Shown here: positions 44,712 through 53,655 of the stretch, one piece after another
Layout of the letters: the number at the start of each line of letters is the position of its first letter
Position numbering within the stretch: position 1 is the first letter of the stretch
Source of the DNA: Acidimicrobiia bacterium
Lineage (GTDB): Bacteria > Actinomycetota > Acidimicrobiia > IMCC26256 > DASPTH01
Assembly (NCBI GenBank): GCA_036502765.1
Contig: DASXXX010000031.1
Location: 56,696 to 120,695 of the forward strand
DNA length: 64,000 nucleotides
Reading direction: 5' to 3'
Position numbers and translations under genes: made by a program
The notes under the pieces: generated by a model
The model's database searches: none
Told to the model about the DNA's origin: nothing
What the model saw: the letters and a program-made list of their open reading frames with translations, nothing else

Positions 44712-46292
44712 TCACAGGATCCGCGTCGGACGATCCGTCCAGTAGCGATCGCGGATCAAGCGCTTGTAGAGCTTGCCGTTGTCACCCCGGGGCAACGTCG
44801 GTGCGAAGTCGACCGCGCGCGGGCACTTGTGGTGAGCGAGTCGATCCCGACACCACGCGACCAGCTCGGCGGCGAGTGGCGCTCCAGCATCATCCCAGTC
44901 GACGGGTTCGACGACCGCCCGCACCTCCTCGCCCATCTCCTCGTGCGGGGTGCCGATGACAGCGACGTCGAGCACCTTCGGATGGGCGACGAGGACGTCC
45001 TCGATTTCCCGGGGGAACACGTTCACTCCGCCGGTCACGATCTTGTGGGTCCACCGGTCGGTGAGGAACAGATAGCCGTCGTGGTCGACGAAGCCGACGT
45101 CGCCGAGTGTCTGCCAACCCCGAGCGTGGGTGATCGCCGCGGTCTGCGCGGGGTCGCCGCGGTAGACGGCCTTCACCGGATGGTCGAACCAGACCGTGCC
45201 CTCGGTCCCGGCCGGGAGCTCGCAGCCGGAGTCGTCGGCGATGTGGATCGTCCCTCGTTGGGCGCGGCCGACCGAGCCTGGATGTTCGAGCCATTCGTCG
45301 GAGGTGATGGTGGTTGCGCCGACGCCTTCGGTGCCCGCGTAGTACTCGTCGAGGATCGGCCCCCACCAGGCGATCATCTGCCGCTTGACCTCCACCGGGC
45401 ACGGCGCGGCACCGTGGAGCACATGCTGCAGGGAGGTCACGTCGTACCGGTCACGAACTGCGCCGGGCAGCTTCAACAGGCGGACGAACATCGTGGGGAC
45501 GACGTGGGTGAACGTGACGCGGTAGTGCTCGATATACCGGAGCATCTCCTCGGCGTCGAAGCGCTCGGTCAGGACCACGGTGCCGCCGAACCGTTGCACC
45601 ATGGTCGAGAAGCCGATCGGGGCGGCGTGGTGCAGCGGACCCACCGTGAGGTGGACGGTCGACGGGCTGAAGCCGTACCGCTCCCCGTAGGAGCGCGCGA
45701 CGTCGTCCAGGGTGCCGGCCGGCGCATCCGGCAACGCCCGCAGCACGCCCTTCGGACGCCCGGAGGTACCGGACGAGAACCACAGCGGAGCACCCTCGCG
45801 CTCGTCGGGGAGGCGGGTCGGCGACATCGTCGCGATCGCGTCGTCCAGTGCCCGCCATCCGGGGAGCAGCGGTTCGAGCGAGAGGTCTCCGGTCGACCTG
45901 ACCGCGAAGCGATGCTCGAGCGCAGGCAGCGCGGCGGCGATTGCATCGCCCAGCGCGAGGAGGCGCGTCGAGCAGATCATGACGGGTGCCGACGCCGAGT
46001 CGACGATCTCGACGGCTTCGCCCGAGGTCAACATCGAGTTGACGAACGTGTAGCGCAGTCCGGAACGGAGCACCGCCCACACGATCTCGTACGCGGTGGG
46101 GTGGTTCTCGATGAGCAACGCGACGGTGTCGCCGGTTCGCAGTCCCACGTCACGCAAGAGACGAGCGATGCGGGTCGAGCGCTCGTCGAGCCGTCGCCAG
46201 GAGATCGCGTCGCCGGTGCGGGCCAGGACCACGGCGGGAGCGAACGGTCGCTCGTCGGCGTAGGTGGCGGGGTAGTAGCGCGGTTCGCTCAC
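44712..46292 (-). CDS. AMP-dependent acyl-CoA synthetase/ligase
   Basis: WFSSGTSGRPKGV, YYAGTEGVG and GDVGFVDHDGYLFLTDRWTHKIVTGGVNVFP. GTG 46292 overlaps the upstream stop (GTGA). Confidence 0.85.
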   Translation of the reverse strand: MSEPRYYPATYADERPFAPAVVLARTGDAISWRRLDERSTRIARLLRDVGLRTGDTVALLIENHPTAYEIVWAVLRSGLRYTFVNSMLTSGEAVEIVDSASAPVMICSTRLLALGDAIAAALPALEHRFAVRSTGDLSLEPLLPGWRALDDAIATMSPTRLPDEREGAPLWFSSGTSGRPKGVLRALPDAPAGTLDDVARSYGERYGFSPSTVHLTVGPLHHAAPIGFSTMVQRFGGTVVLTERFDAEEMLRYIEHYRVTFTHVVPTMFVRLLKLPGAVRDRYDVTSLQHVLHGAAPCPVEVKRQMIAWWGPILDEYYAGTEGVGATTITSDEWLEHPGSVGRAQRGTIHIADDSGCELPAGTEGTVWFDHPVKAVYRGDPAQTAAITHARGWQTLGDVGFVDHDGYLFLTDRWTHKIVTGGVNVFPREIEDVLVAHPKVLDVAVIGTPHEEMGEEVRAVVEPVDWDDAGAPLAAELVAWCRDRLAHHKCPRAVDFAPTLPRGDNGKLYKRLIRDRYWTDRPTRIL

Positions 46293-47236
46293 TCGTCGGC
46301 GTGCCCGAGGACCGCTACGGGCCAGTCGTCGATCGCGACGAGTCGTCCGGTCGACGCCAAGGTGATCACGAGCGCGTGATTCCGAGCATCGAATGCCACG
46401 TTCGTCGTCATCGGATCGTCGAGTGGAAGCGCGGCGAGGAGCTCTCCGGCGGGGGAGAAGACACTGATGCCGCCCGTCCCCAGCGTCGCCACGATGATGC
46501 GACCGTGGTCGTCGACGCAGCAGCCGTCGGCGCCACCGAAGTTCAGTGGACCACCGCTCGGCACGGTGGCGAGCCCTCGCGCGCCCTCGAGCTCGCCGTC
46601 GGCGCCGATGCTGAACTCCCAGACGCGACGGGTGCGCGTCTCCACCACGTAGAGCAGGTCCCCATCCGGTGACAGTGCGACGCCATTGGGCAGCTCGAGG
46701 GGAAACAGCACCTCGCGCAGCCGGAAGTCGGGCGTGCCGTAGAGCACGCCGGTGAGACCGCGTTTGCGGCCATGACCCGCGCCGCTGTCGGTCATCCAGA
46801 ATCCGCCGGTGCGATCGACGCACACGTCGCTGGGCCTTCCGAGCGGAAGCACCGCGCCGTCGCGGGCCACGAACGTGGCGACAGCAGTGTTGACGGTGCC
46901 GTCGGCCTCGACGACCTGGAGCCGCGGCTGCTCCGGAATGTCCGACGGGCCCGACGGGAGCGTCAGTTCCACCGAGCCGGGGAGGTCGAACGGCCAACGC
47001 CGCGCCGCCCAACTCGAGCCGCCGCTCTGGCACACGAGCATCCGACCATCAGGAAGCCGGGCGAGGCCGTTGGGACCGCCGCCCGTCGTCGCGAACGACG
47101 CGCGCGAACCGTCCGGACCGATCCGAGTGATGCAGCCACCAGCCAGCTCGCTGACGAGCACCGAGCCGTCGGCGCACACCACCGGACCCTCAGGGAAGCG
47201 CAGGTCGCGGGCGAGCTCGCGCACCCGCGGGGTCAC
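46289..47236 (-). CDS. SMP-30/gluconolactonase/LRE-like beta-propeller protein (putative lactonase)
   Basis: LRFPEGPVVCADGSVLVSE ... GGGPNGLARLPDGRMLVCQ ... PNGVALSPDGDLLYVVE. GTG 47236 overlaps the upstream stop. Confidence 0.8.
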   Translation of the reverse strand: MTPRVRELARDLRFPEGPVVCADGSVLVSELAGGCITRIGPDGSRASFATTGGGPNGLARLPDGRMLVCQSGGSSWAARRWPFDLPGSVELTLPSGPSDIPEQPRLQVVEADGTVNTAVATFVARDGAVLPLGRPSDVCVDRTGGFWMTDSGAGHGRKRGLTGVLYGTPDFRLREVLFPLELPNGVALSPDGDLLYVVETRTRRVWEFSIGADGELEGARGLATVPSGGPLNFGGADGCCVDDHGRIIVATLGTGGISVFSPAGELLAALPLDDPMTTNVAFDARNHALVITLASTGRLVAIDDWPVAVLGHADE

Positions 47237-47658
47237 GATCCCGACGGTTCCGGTTCGAACAGCAGGAGGTGACGGCCATCTTCGAGCGGCTCCCACGTGG
47301 TCCGGACCCGTTGCCCGACGTGTACGTCGGCGACATCACACCCGACCACGTTGGTCATCAGGCGTGGACCATCGTCGAGATCGACCAACGCCAACGCGTA
47401 GGGCACCATTGCTGTGAGCTCAGGTGCCGGTGCGCGGTGGTGGACGCTCACCGCGTAGACCGTGCCGAGCCCCGACACCTCGTCCCAGTGCAGGTCCTCG
47501 CTGAGGCATCCGGGGCAGAACGCCCGGGGGTACCAGACGAGCGACGCGCAGGCGTCACACCGTTGGAGGACCAGACGCCGTTCTCGAGTGGCATCCCAGA
47601 ACGGCTGGGAGATCTCTGACGGATCCGGCACCGTGCGGGATGCCGCGGCTTCGCTCAT
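47233..47658 (-). CDS. DUF35 OB-fold/zinc-ribbon protein
   Basis: Complete CxxC...CxxC ribbon (LQRCDACASLVWYPRAFCPGC) followed by an OB-fold-like region. ATGA overlap with the upstream stop. Confidence 0.85.
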   Translation of the reverse strand: MSEAAASRTVPDPSEISQPFWDATRERRLVLQRCDACASLVWYPRAFCPGCLSEDLHWDEVSGLGTVYAVSVHHRAPAPELTAMVPYALALVDLDDGPRLMTNVVGCDVADVHVGQRVRTTWEPLEDGRHLLLFEPEPSGS

Positions 47659-48827
47659 CGGACCTCCTCCGTCCCGAGCACCACGGTGGACGTCGCCGAG
47701 AGCACACCTCCGCAGCCGTGCGCGACCGCGGTCCTGGCCCCCTCGACCTGACGCGCGCCGGACTCTCCCCGCAGCTGTCGTACCGCTTCGACGAGGAGGA
47801 ACATCCCGAACGCTCCCGGATGGGTGAACGAAAGGCCGCCACCGGACGTCTGTCCGGGGAGTGCACCTCCGGGACCGAGCCGACCGTCGGCGACGAACGG
47901 CCCTCCTTCACCCTTGGCGCAGAATCCGAGGTCCTCCAACGCGAGGAGCACGGTGATGGTGAACGAGTCGTACAGCTCGACGACGTCGATGTCGCCCGGG
48001 GTGAGCTCGCTCATCGCAAAGGCGCGCGCGCCGGACCGGACGCCGGCGGTCGTGGTGAGGTCCGGCATCTGGCTGATCATGGAGTGCGTGTGGTTGGTCG
48101 CCGCTCCGAGCACCCAGATCGGCGCCTTGGCGCGATCTCGTGCGCGCTTGGCGCTGGTCACCACGATCGCACCCGCGCCATCGGTCACGAGGCAGTACTC
48201 GAGCTTGTGCATCGGCTCGGCCACGAACCCGGATCCGAGGACATCGTCGACCGTGATCGGCTCACGGGCGTAGGCCCGCTCGTTCATCGTCGCCCATCGA
48301 CGAGTGTCCACCGCGATCTGGGCGAGCTCCTCGGGCTTGGTGCCGAACTGCGCCATGTGGCGGTTGGCGGCGAGGCCGTACGCGCCGATGGGCAGGAAGA
48401 TCCCGTAGGGCGTCTCCCACTCGAGGCGTTCGGGGGTGGCGAGTACTCCCATGCCTGCACCGCCACGCTTGCGCGACGACCGCGGCGTGGACGCGTACAC
48501 GATGACCACCGTCTCGCAGAGGCCGGCGGCGATGGCGCTCGCGGCGTGTTCCACGTACAGCTCGTACGAAGCGCCACCGATCTGGGTCGAGTCCGTCCAG
48601 TCGGGCGCGATGCCGAGCTGCTCGGCGAGCTCCACCGAGTGCATGAGCGTCCCGCCGGTGCACATGCACAAGCCGTCGACCTCGGAAGGGGCGATGCCCG
48701 CGTCGGCGAGCGCGGCGCGCACGACTCGAGCCTCGAGGGCACGCAGCGGGAGGTCGATCTCACCGGTTGGTGACACCTCGTCGGCGACACCGACGACGGC
48801 GACCGCGCCGCGCAAGGGATGACTCAT
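47655..48827 (-). CDS. Thiolase-superfamily protein (Ltp/SCP-x-like), nucleophile Cys apparently absent
   Basis: 390 aa with N-terminal AVAVVGVADEVSPTG. The expected nucleophile region reads TQIGGASYELYVEHAASAIAAG. ATGA overlap with the upstream stop. Confidence 0.85.
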   Translation of the reverse strand: MSHPLRGAVAVVGVADEVSPTGEIDLPLRALEARVVRAALADAGIAPSEVDGLCMCTGGTLMHSVELAEQLGIAPDWTDSTQIGGASYELYVEHAASAIAAGLCETVVIVYASTPRSSRKRGGAGMGVLATPERLEWETPYGIFLPIGAYGLAANRHMAQFGTKPEELAQIAVDTRRWATMNERAYAREPITVDDVLGSGFVAEPMHKLEYCLVTDGAGAIVVTSAKRARDRAKAPIWVLGAATNHTHSMISQMPDLTTTAGVRSGARAFAMSELTPGDIDVVELYDSFTITVLLALEDLGFCAKGEGGPFVADGRLGPGGALPGQTSGGGLSFTHPGAFGMFLLVEAVRQLRGESGARQVEGARTAVAHGCGGVLSATSTVVLGTEEVR

Positions 48828-50326
48828 CGGTCGGTCACCGGAACGAACAGCTCCCGCAGACCAGGCTGGCTCACCTTCATGGACGGGGTCCGGGGCAGCG
48901 TGTCCACGACGCGCAACGCGGTCGGGACCTTGTAGCTGGGGAGGCGCTCGCGCAAGAACACAGAGAGGTCTGCTTCCGTGACGTCGGCCCCATGACGCAG
49001 CTCGACCGCGGCGACCGGGACGGCTCCGAGCCGTTCGTCGTCGATGCCGGTGACCCCCGCGTCGAGGACGGCTTCGTGAGACCGCAGGACGTCGACGATC
49101 TCATCGGGGAACACCTTGAACCCGCCTCGCACGATCGCATCGTCGCTGCGCCCTTCGATCCAGAGGAATCCGTCGTCATCGATCCGGGCGACGTCGGTCG
49201 TCCGAATCCATTCGCGACCAGGACTCCGGACTTCGAGCCGGCCGGTGGTCGCTGGTGCCCGCTCTGCTCCGGTCTCGGGATCGACGACGCGCAACTCACG
49301 TCCCGGTTGCGGGCGACCGACACTGCCTCGCTTGGTGGTGCCCCACTCGCGGTGCAGGGGCAGCGTCCATCCGGCAACACCGCCCGCGAACTCGGTTGCG
49401 CCGTACGACGGCAGCACCGCGATGCCGTACCTGGTCTCGAAGTCTTCCTGCACTTCGACCGGGAGCGCGGCGCTCCCTGACGTCACGACCAGGATGCTGC
49501 AGAGATCTTCGGGATCGACGTCGTCATCGAGCACCATCCGCAGCGCGGTCGGGACCAGGCTCACGGCCTTCGGTCGGTGACGGCGCACCAACTCGACGAA
49601 GTCTGCGACGCGGAACCGTTCCAGCAGCGCGATGCGTCGGCCGTCGGTGACGTTCAACAACGTTCGGAAGATGCCGGACATGTGGACGAGTGGCGACGCC
49701 ACGATCGCGACACCCGACCGGAGCCGAGGCGCGTCGTCGCGAGTGCCGTCACTGCTGTAGTGCGCACCGGCGGCGGCGATGGTCCGTTCGAACGACTTGT
49801 ACGACAAGGGCACCCGCTTGGGTGGACCCGTCGTGCCGCTCGTGAGCATCTCGACCGCGATGCCGGGAAGGGCCGCTCGAAAGGAGCCCGAACCCGGACG
49901 CTCGAGACCAGGGATGCTCGAGGCTCCAGCGGGAGTGATGGCGACTGCGACGCCGGCGCTGCCTGTCGCCCGGGCCGCGTCCGCGATCCCGGGGCGGATC
50001 CACTCGTCGGCGCCGCCGATGAGCACGGGCACCGCGAGGTGCCGGATCTCCGCCGCCAACGGCTCGTCGCCCTGATGGGGGTTGATCGTGACGACGCACC
50101 CACCCGCGAGCAACGTTCCGAGCACCGCTCCGATCAACGCGGGGTCGTTGCGGAGGAGCAGACCGATGGGTGAACCGGGTCCGACGCCGCTTCGCTCGAT
50201 GTGCTCGGCGACGCCGAACGCGACCGCGGCGAGATCGGCCCACGAAGACCAGTGACCTTCGAACTCGATCGCACCGGCTTCGGGCTCGAGTGAGAGCACG
50301 GCGCGGATCCGGTCGGCGAGTTCCAC
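48824..50326 (-). CDS. AMP-dependent synthetase/ligase
   Basis: LTSGTTGPPKRV, SYGATEFAG and ARIDDDGFLWIEGRSDDAIVRGGFKVFP, with C-terminal PRTPSMKV. Confidence 0.85.
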   Translation of the reverse strand: MELADRIRAVLSLEPEAGAIEFEGHWSSWADLAAVAFGVAEHIERSGVGPGSPIGLLLRNDPALIGAVLGTLLAGGCVVTINPHQGDEPLAAEIRHLAVPVLIGGADEWIRPGIADAARATGSAGVAVAITPAGASSIPGLERPGSGSFRAALPGIAVEMLTSGTTGPPKRVPLSYKSFERTIAAAGAHYSSDGTRDDAPRLRSGVAIVASPLVHMSGIFRTLLNVTDGRRIALLERFRVADFVELVRRHRPKAVSLVPTALRMVLDDDVDPEDLCSILVVTSGSAALPVEVQEDFETRYGIAVLPSYGATEFAGGVAGWTLPLHREWGTTKRGSVGRPQPGRELRVVDPETGAERAPATTGRLEVRSPGREWIRTTDVARIDDDGFLWIEGRSDDAIVRGGFKVFPDEIVDVLRSHEAVLDAGVTGIDDERLGAVPVAAVELRHGADVTEADLSVFLRERLPSYKVPTALRVVDTLPRTPSMKVSQPGLRELFVPVTDR

Positions 50327-50333
50327 GCGGCAG

Positions 50334-51407
50334 TCAGACCTTCGCCGATTCCAGCTCCGCCACGGCCGGCATCACTTCGCGAGCGAAGAGCTCCATCGAC
50401 GCCCGGACCCGGCTGCGATCCATGGCCCCGCCGCGACTCATGCGCAGCATGAGGTTCTGCCACCCCATGTCGACGATCGTCCCCATCTTCTCGATGACCC
50501 GGTCGGGGCTTCCCATCAGGGTGAGCGGCGCGTCGAGGATCTGCTCGTAGGTCTGCGCGTCGTGGTTGTCGAACCAATCGGCGTAGGCCTTGTAATCGGC
50601 CGGGATCTCTCCGCCGCGCTCGAACGGGTTCGAGTACTGGCGGTGCACCGCGATCGACATCTCGACGCTCTCACGTGGGTACGAGCGGGCGACGGCATCG
50701 TCGGGGTCGAGGAACGCGTTCAAGAGGGCCCAGACCTGATCCGTCGCACGCTCGAGACCACGGTCGGCGCGCGACTTCAGATAGAGGTCGAGACCGGTCG
50801 CGAGATCGACGTCGACCTGGTACGGGTTGCCGATGATGGCGCCGTACCCCGTCTCCGCGAGCCACTCGAAGCTCGACGGGGTCTTCATGACCGTGCACCA
50901 GATCGGGACGGGTTCCTGCACCGGGCGGGGGTGGACGGTGAGGTCGTCCACATGCCAGAACTCGCCGTCGTAGCTGAATCGTTCGTTGCCGAGCAGTCCC
51001 TCGACGATGGTGACGCACTCCTTGTACCGCGCGCTCGCCTCGTCCATCGAGATGCCGAACCCGGCGAACTCGTGCGACTGGTACCCACGCCCGAACCCGG
51101 CGTCGAACCGGCCGCCGCTCAACGCATCGGCCATCGCGATCTGCTCGGCGAGATGGATCGGGTCGTGGAAGGGCGCCACCATGCACGCGGTCCCGATGCG
51201 GATGCGCTCGGTCTGCGCCGCGATCGCGCTCGCGATCAGGGGCAGGTTGGCGAGGGTGCCGTACGCCGAGAAGTGGTGCTCGGCGAGCCAGACCTCGTCG
51301 AACCCGAGCTCCTCTGCCCATCGCGCTTCTTCGAGCACGTTGGCGAGGACCTCCTGGTGGCTCGACTGCGGCGGCTTGTCGCCCAGGATGAAGATGCCGA
51401 ATCTCAC
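50334..51407 (-). CDS. Luciferase-like (LLM-class) flavin- or F420-dependent oxidoreductase/monooxygenase
   Basis: VRFGIFILG... EARWAEELGFDEVWLAEHHFSAYGTLANLPLIASAIAAQTERIRIGTA. Start set to GTG 51407, preceded by AAGGGG. Confidence 0.85.
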   Translation of the reverse strand: MRFGIFILGDKPPQSSHQEVLANVLEEARWAEELGFDEVWLAEHHFSAYGTLANLPLIASAIAAQTERIRIGTACMVAPFHDPIHLAEQIAMADALSGGRFDAGFGRGYQSHEFAGFGISMDEASARYKECVTIVEGLLGNERFSYDGEFWHVDDLTVHPRPVQEPVPIWCTVMKTPSSFEWLAETGYGAIIGNPYQVDVDLATGLDLYLKSRADRGLERATDQVWALLNAFLDPDDAVARSYPRESVEMSIAVHRQYSNPFERGGEIPADYKAYADWFDNHDAQTYEQILDAPLTLMGSPDRVIEKMGTIVDMGWQNLMLRMSRGGAMDRSRVRASMELFAREVMPAVAELESAKV

Positions 51408-51504
51408 GTGGCGACCCCTTCTGATCGATGGCGCGTCTGATCGATCGCGCGGTCGTTCGGTTTCGCCTTGCGGCGACGCCTCACGATACTGCATGATCGG
51501 ACAG

Positions 51505-51514
51505 TTGACGTCAA
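51505..51514. promoter_or_regulatory. Perfect 10-bp palindrome in a divergent intergenic region
   Basis: TTGACGTCAA is flanked by imperfect extensions (ACAG..CTGT). It lies between the LLM gene (start 51407, minus strand) and the MaoC gene (start 51576, plus strand). Confidence 0.35.
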
Positions 51515-51575
51515 TCTGTTCCATCGGGCGACGAGCGTGTTCGTCGCCTGCGCCGGCTCATCAGGAGGCAATCGA

Positions 51576-52037
51576 GTGTCGACACCGATCGTGCTGAGCG
51601 GCCTCGCCGCAGTCCAGGAAGCGAAGGGCCGTCACCTCGGTCACAGCGACTGGCTGGAGATCACCCAGGACCGCGTCGACCAGTTTGCCGACGCCACCGG
51701 CGACCACCAGTGGATCCACGTCGACGTCGAACGGGCGAGGCAGGGACCGTTCGGCGGCACCATCGCCCACGGTTACCTGACGCTCTCGATGGCGAGCTTC
51801 TTCCTGCCTCAGATCGTGCGCTACGAGGGCTTCACCATGGCCGTCAACTACGGCGTCGACAAGGTGCGGTTCCCGGCCCCGGTGCCTGTCGGCGCCCGCA
51901 TCCGGGCCGGTGCCGAGATCACGGAAGTCACCGACGTCGGTACCGGCGTGCAGGTGAAGACGATCGTCACGATCGAGATCGAAGGGAACGAGAAGCCGGC
52001 CTGCGTGATCGAGTCGCTCTCGCGCTGGTTCGCGTGA
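51576..52037 (+). CDS. MaoC-like (R)-specific enoyl-CoA hydratase, hot-dog fold
   Basis: ITQDRVDQFADATGDHQWIHVDVERARQGPFGGTIAHGYLTLS. GTG 51576 lies 7 nt after AGGAGG. Confidence 0.85.
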   Translation: MSTPIVLSGLAAVQEAKGRHLGHSDWLEITQDRVDQFADATGDHQWIHVDVERARQGPFGGTIAHGYLTLSMASFFLPQIVRYEGFTMAVNYGVDKVRFPAPVPVGARIRAGAEITEVTDVGTGVQVKTIVTIEIEGNEKPACVIESLSRWFA

Positions 52038-52053
52038 GCACGAGGGACGACGA

Positions 52054-52803
52054 ATGATCGACGGGCGTGACGGGGTCGCGATCGTGACCGGTGGCGCTCG
52101 AGGCATCGGCGCCGCGATCACGGCGCGGTTCCTCGACGACGGCTACCGCGTGCTCGTCGTCGATGTGAATGCGAAGGCGCTCGCATCGCTGGAGTCGATG
52201 ATCCAAGCCTTTCCCGACCGCCTCGACGCGCGCCAGCTCTCGGTGAGCGACCGCACCGCGGTCGAGGATGCCCTCGGCGATCTCGTTGTCCGCCACGGGG
52301 GCATCGACGCGGTGGTGAACAACGCGGGGATGACGTTGCCGGCGACCTTCCTGGACCAGGACGATGCCGACTGGGACCGCATCGTCGACGTGAACCTCAA
52401 GGGCACCTTCGTCATGGCGCAGGTCGCGGCGCGCCAGATGGTGGAACAGGGTGCGGGATCGATCGTCAACATCAGCTCGGTGTCGGCGCACGGCGTCCGC
52501 ACCGGCCCGCCCGCGTATGCCGCCGCCAAGGCCGGGATCGAGGGACTGTCCCGTCTGATGGCCGTGCAGCTCGGGCCGCTCGGGGTGCGGGTGAACACGA
52601 TCGTCGTGGGGACGACGGCGACTCCCTGGCTGCTCGGGCGCAAGAGCGACGCCGAGCTCGAGGTCATGCGGACGACGACGCTGACCGGACGCCTCGGTGA
52701 GCCCGAGGACGTCGCGGGCATGGCGGCGTTCCTCTGTTCCGACGCGGCCCGCCACCTCACGGGTCAGATGATCTCGGTGTCCGGCGGTCAATGGATGCCG
52801 TGA
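52054..52803 (+). CDS. Short-chain dehydrogenase/reductase (FabG-like)
   Basis: VAIVTGGARGIGAAIT, NNAG and YAAAKAGI. Confidence 0.9.
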   Translation: MIDGRDGVAIVTGGARGIGAAITARFLDDGYRVLVVDVNAKALASLESMIQAFPDRLDARQLSVSDRTAVEDALGDLVVRHGGIDAVVNNAGMTLPATFLDQDDADWDRIVDVNLKGTFVMAQVAARQMVEQGAGSIVNISSVSAHGVRTGPPAYAAAKAGIEGLSRLMAVQLGPLGVRVNTIVVGTTATPWLLGRKSDAELEVMRTTTLTGRLGEPEDVAGMAAFLCSDAARHLTGQMISVSGGQWMP

Positions 52804-52819
52804 GCCGAGGGCGGAACGA

Positions 52820-52847
52820 TAGAACAAGTATTGATACAGTGTTACTG
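52820..52847. promoter_or_regulatory. AT-rich island with an extended -10-like TGATACAGT
   Basis: TAGAACAAGTATTGATACAGTGTTACTG lies in the 84-nt gap before ATG 52888. It shares ACAAGTAT with 2863-2870 and TGATACAGT with 5162-5170. Confidence 0.4.
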
Positions 52848-52887
52848 GCCGTATCGCGGCGCTGACCGTCGTGGGGGAGGAGCACGC

Positions 52888-53655
52888 ATGGACTTCGAGA
52901 CGATCCTGTTCGAGGTGTCCGACCATGTCGCGACGATCACGTTCAATCGGCCCGAGCGCCTGAATGCAACGAACGACACGTCGCGTCGGGAGCTCGGCGA
53001 GGCGTGGGGCATCGTGCGCGACGACCCCGAGATCCGAGTGGCCATCATCACCGGGACGGGCGACCGAGCGTTCTCGGCCGGGCAGGACATCCGCGCCACC
53101 GCCGAGTCCGGCATCCACAACAAGGTTCCTGGTTCGAGGCTCCACCACGGCGTGTGGAAGCCGGTCATCTGCGCGCTCAACGGCATGGTCGTCGGCGGGG
53201 GACTGCATCAAGTCTCGGACTCCGACCTCATCATCGCGGCGGAACACGTGGAGATCCTCGACACCCACTGCGCGGTGGGCAACGTCTTCGCGATGGAACC
53301 GGTCGGGCTCCTTCGGCGGATGCCGCTCTCGATGGTCATGCAGCTCGGGCTGATGACGAAGAGCGGGCGGATCAGTGCACAGCGCGCCTACGACATCGGA
53401 CTCGTCAACGAAGTCGTACCGAAGGAGCGGCTGATGCCGCGTGCACGCGAGATCGCACTCGACATCACCAAGCTCTCGCCCGCGACCGTGCAGGCGTCGA
53501 TCCGGGCGATGTGGACCAGCCTCGATGTCGGGCTCCGCCCCGCGTTCGATGTCGCGTACCGCTACGTCCTCCAGCACCAGCTCAAGCACCCGGACTACCA
53601 CGAAGGGATGCGCGCGTTCGCCGAGAAACGCGAGCCGCAGTGGGTCGTGGAATGA
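52888..53655 (+). CDS. Enoyl-CoA hydratase/isomerase (crotonase fold)
   Basis: VATITFNRPERLNA ... VAIITGTGDRAFSAGQD. GGGAGGAG upstream of the ATG. Confidence 0.85.
   Translation: MDFETILFEVSDHVATITFNRPERLNATNDTSRRELGEAWGIVRDDPEIRVAIITGTGDRAFSAGQDIRATAESGIHNKVPGSRLHHGVWKPVICALNGMVVGGGLHQVSDSDLIIAAEHVEILDTHCAVGNVFAMEPVGLLRRMPLSMVMQLGLMTKSGRISAQRAYDIGLVNEVVPKERLMPRAREIALDITKLSPATVQASIRAMWTSLDVGLRPAFDVAYRYVLQHQLKHPDYHEGMRAFAEKREPQWVVE

Noticed and set aside
44712-47033. 773-aa ORF suggesting a giant synthetase. Similar long N-terminal extensions occur on ORFs 17394..18965, 60817..62676, 40702..42153, 20603..21898 and 53004..55310.
   Set aside because: The extensions are Arg-rich read-through across upstream genes or promoter islands. 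I trimmed the starts to internal ATG/GTG codons that give family-typical N-termini and, in most cases, 4-nt overlaps with the upstream stop.
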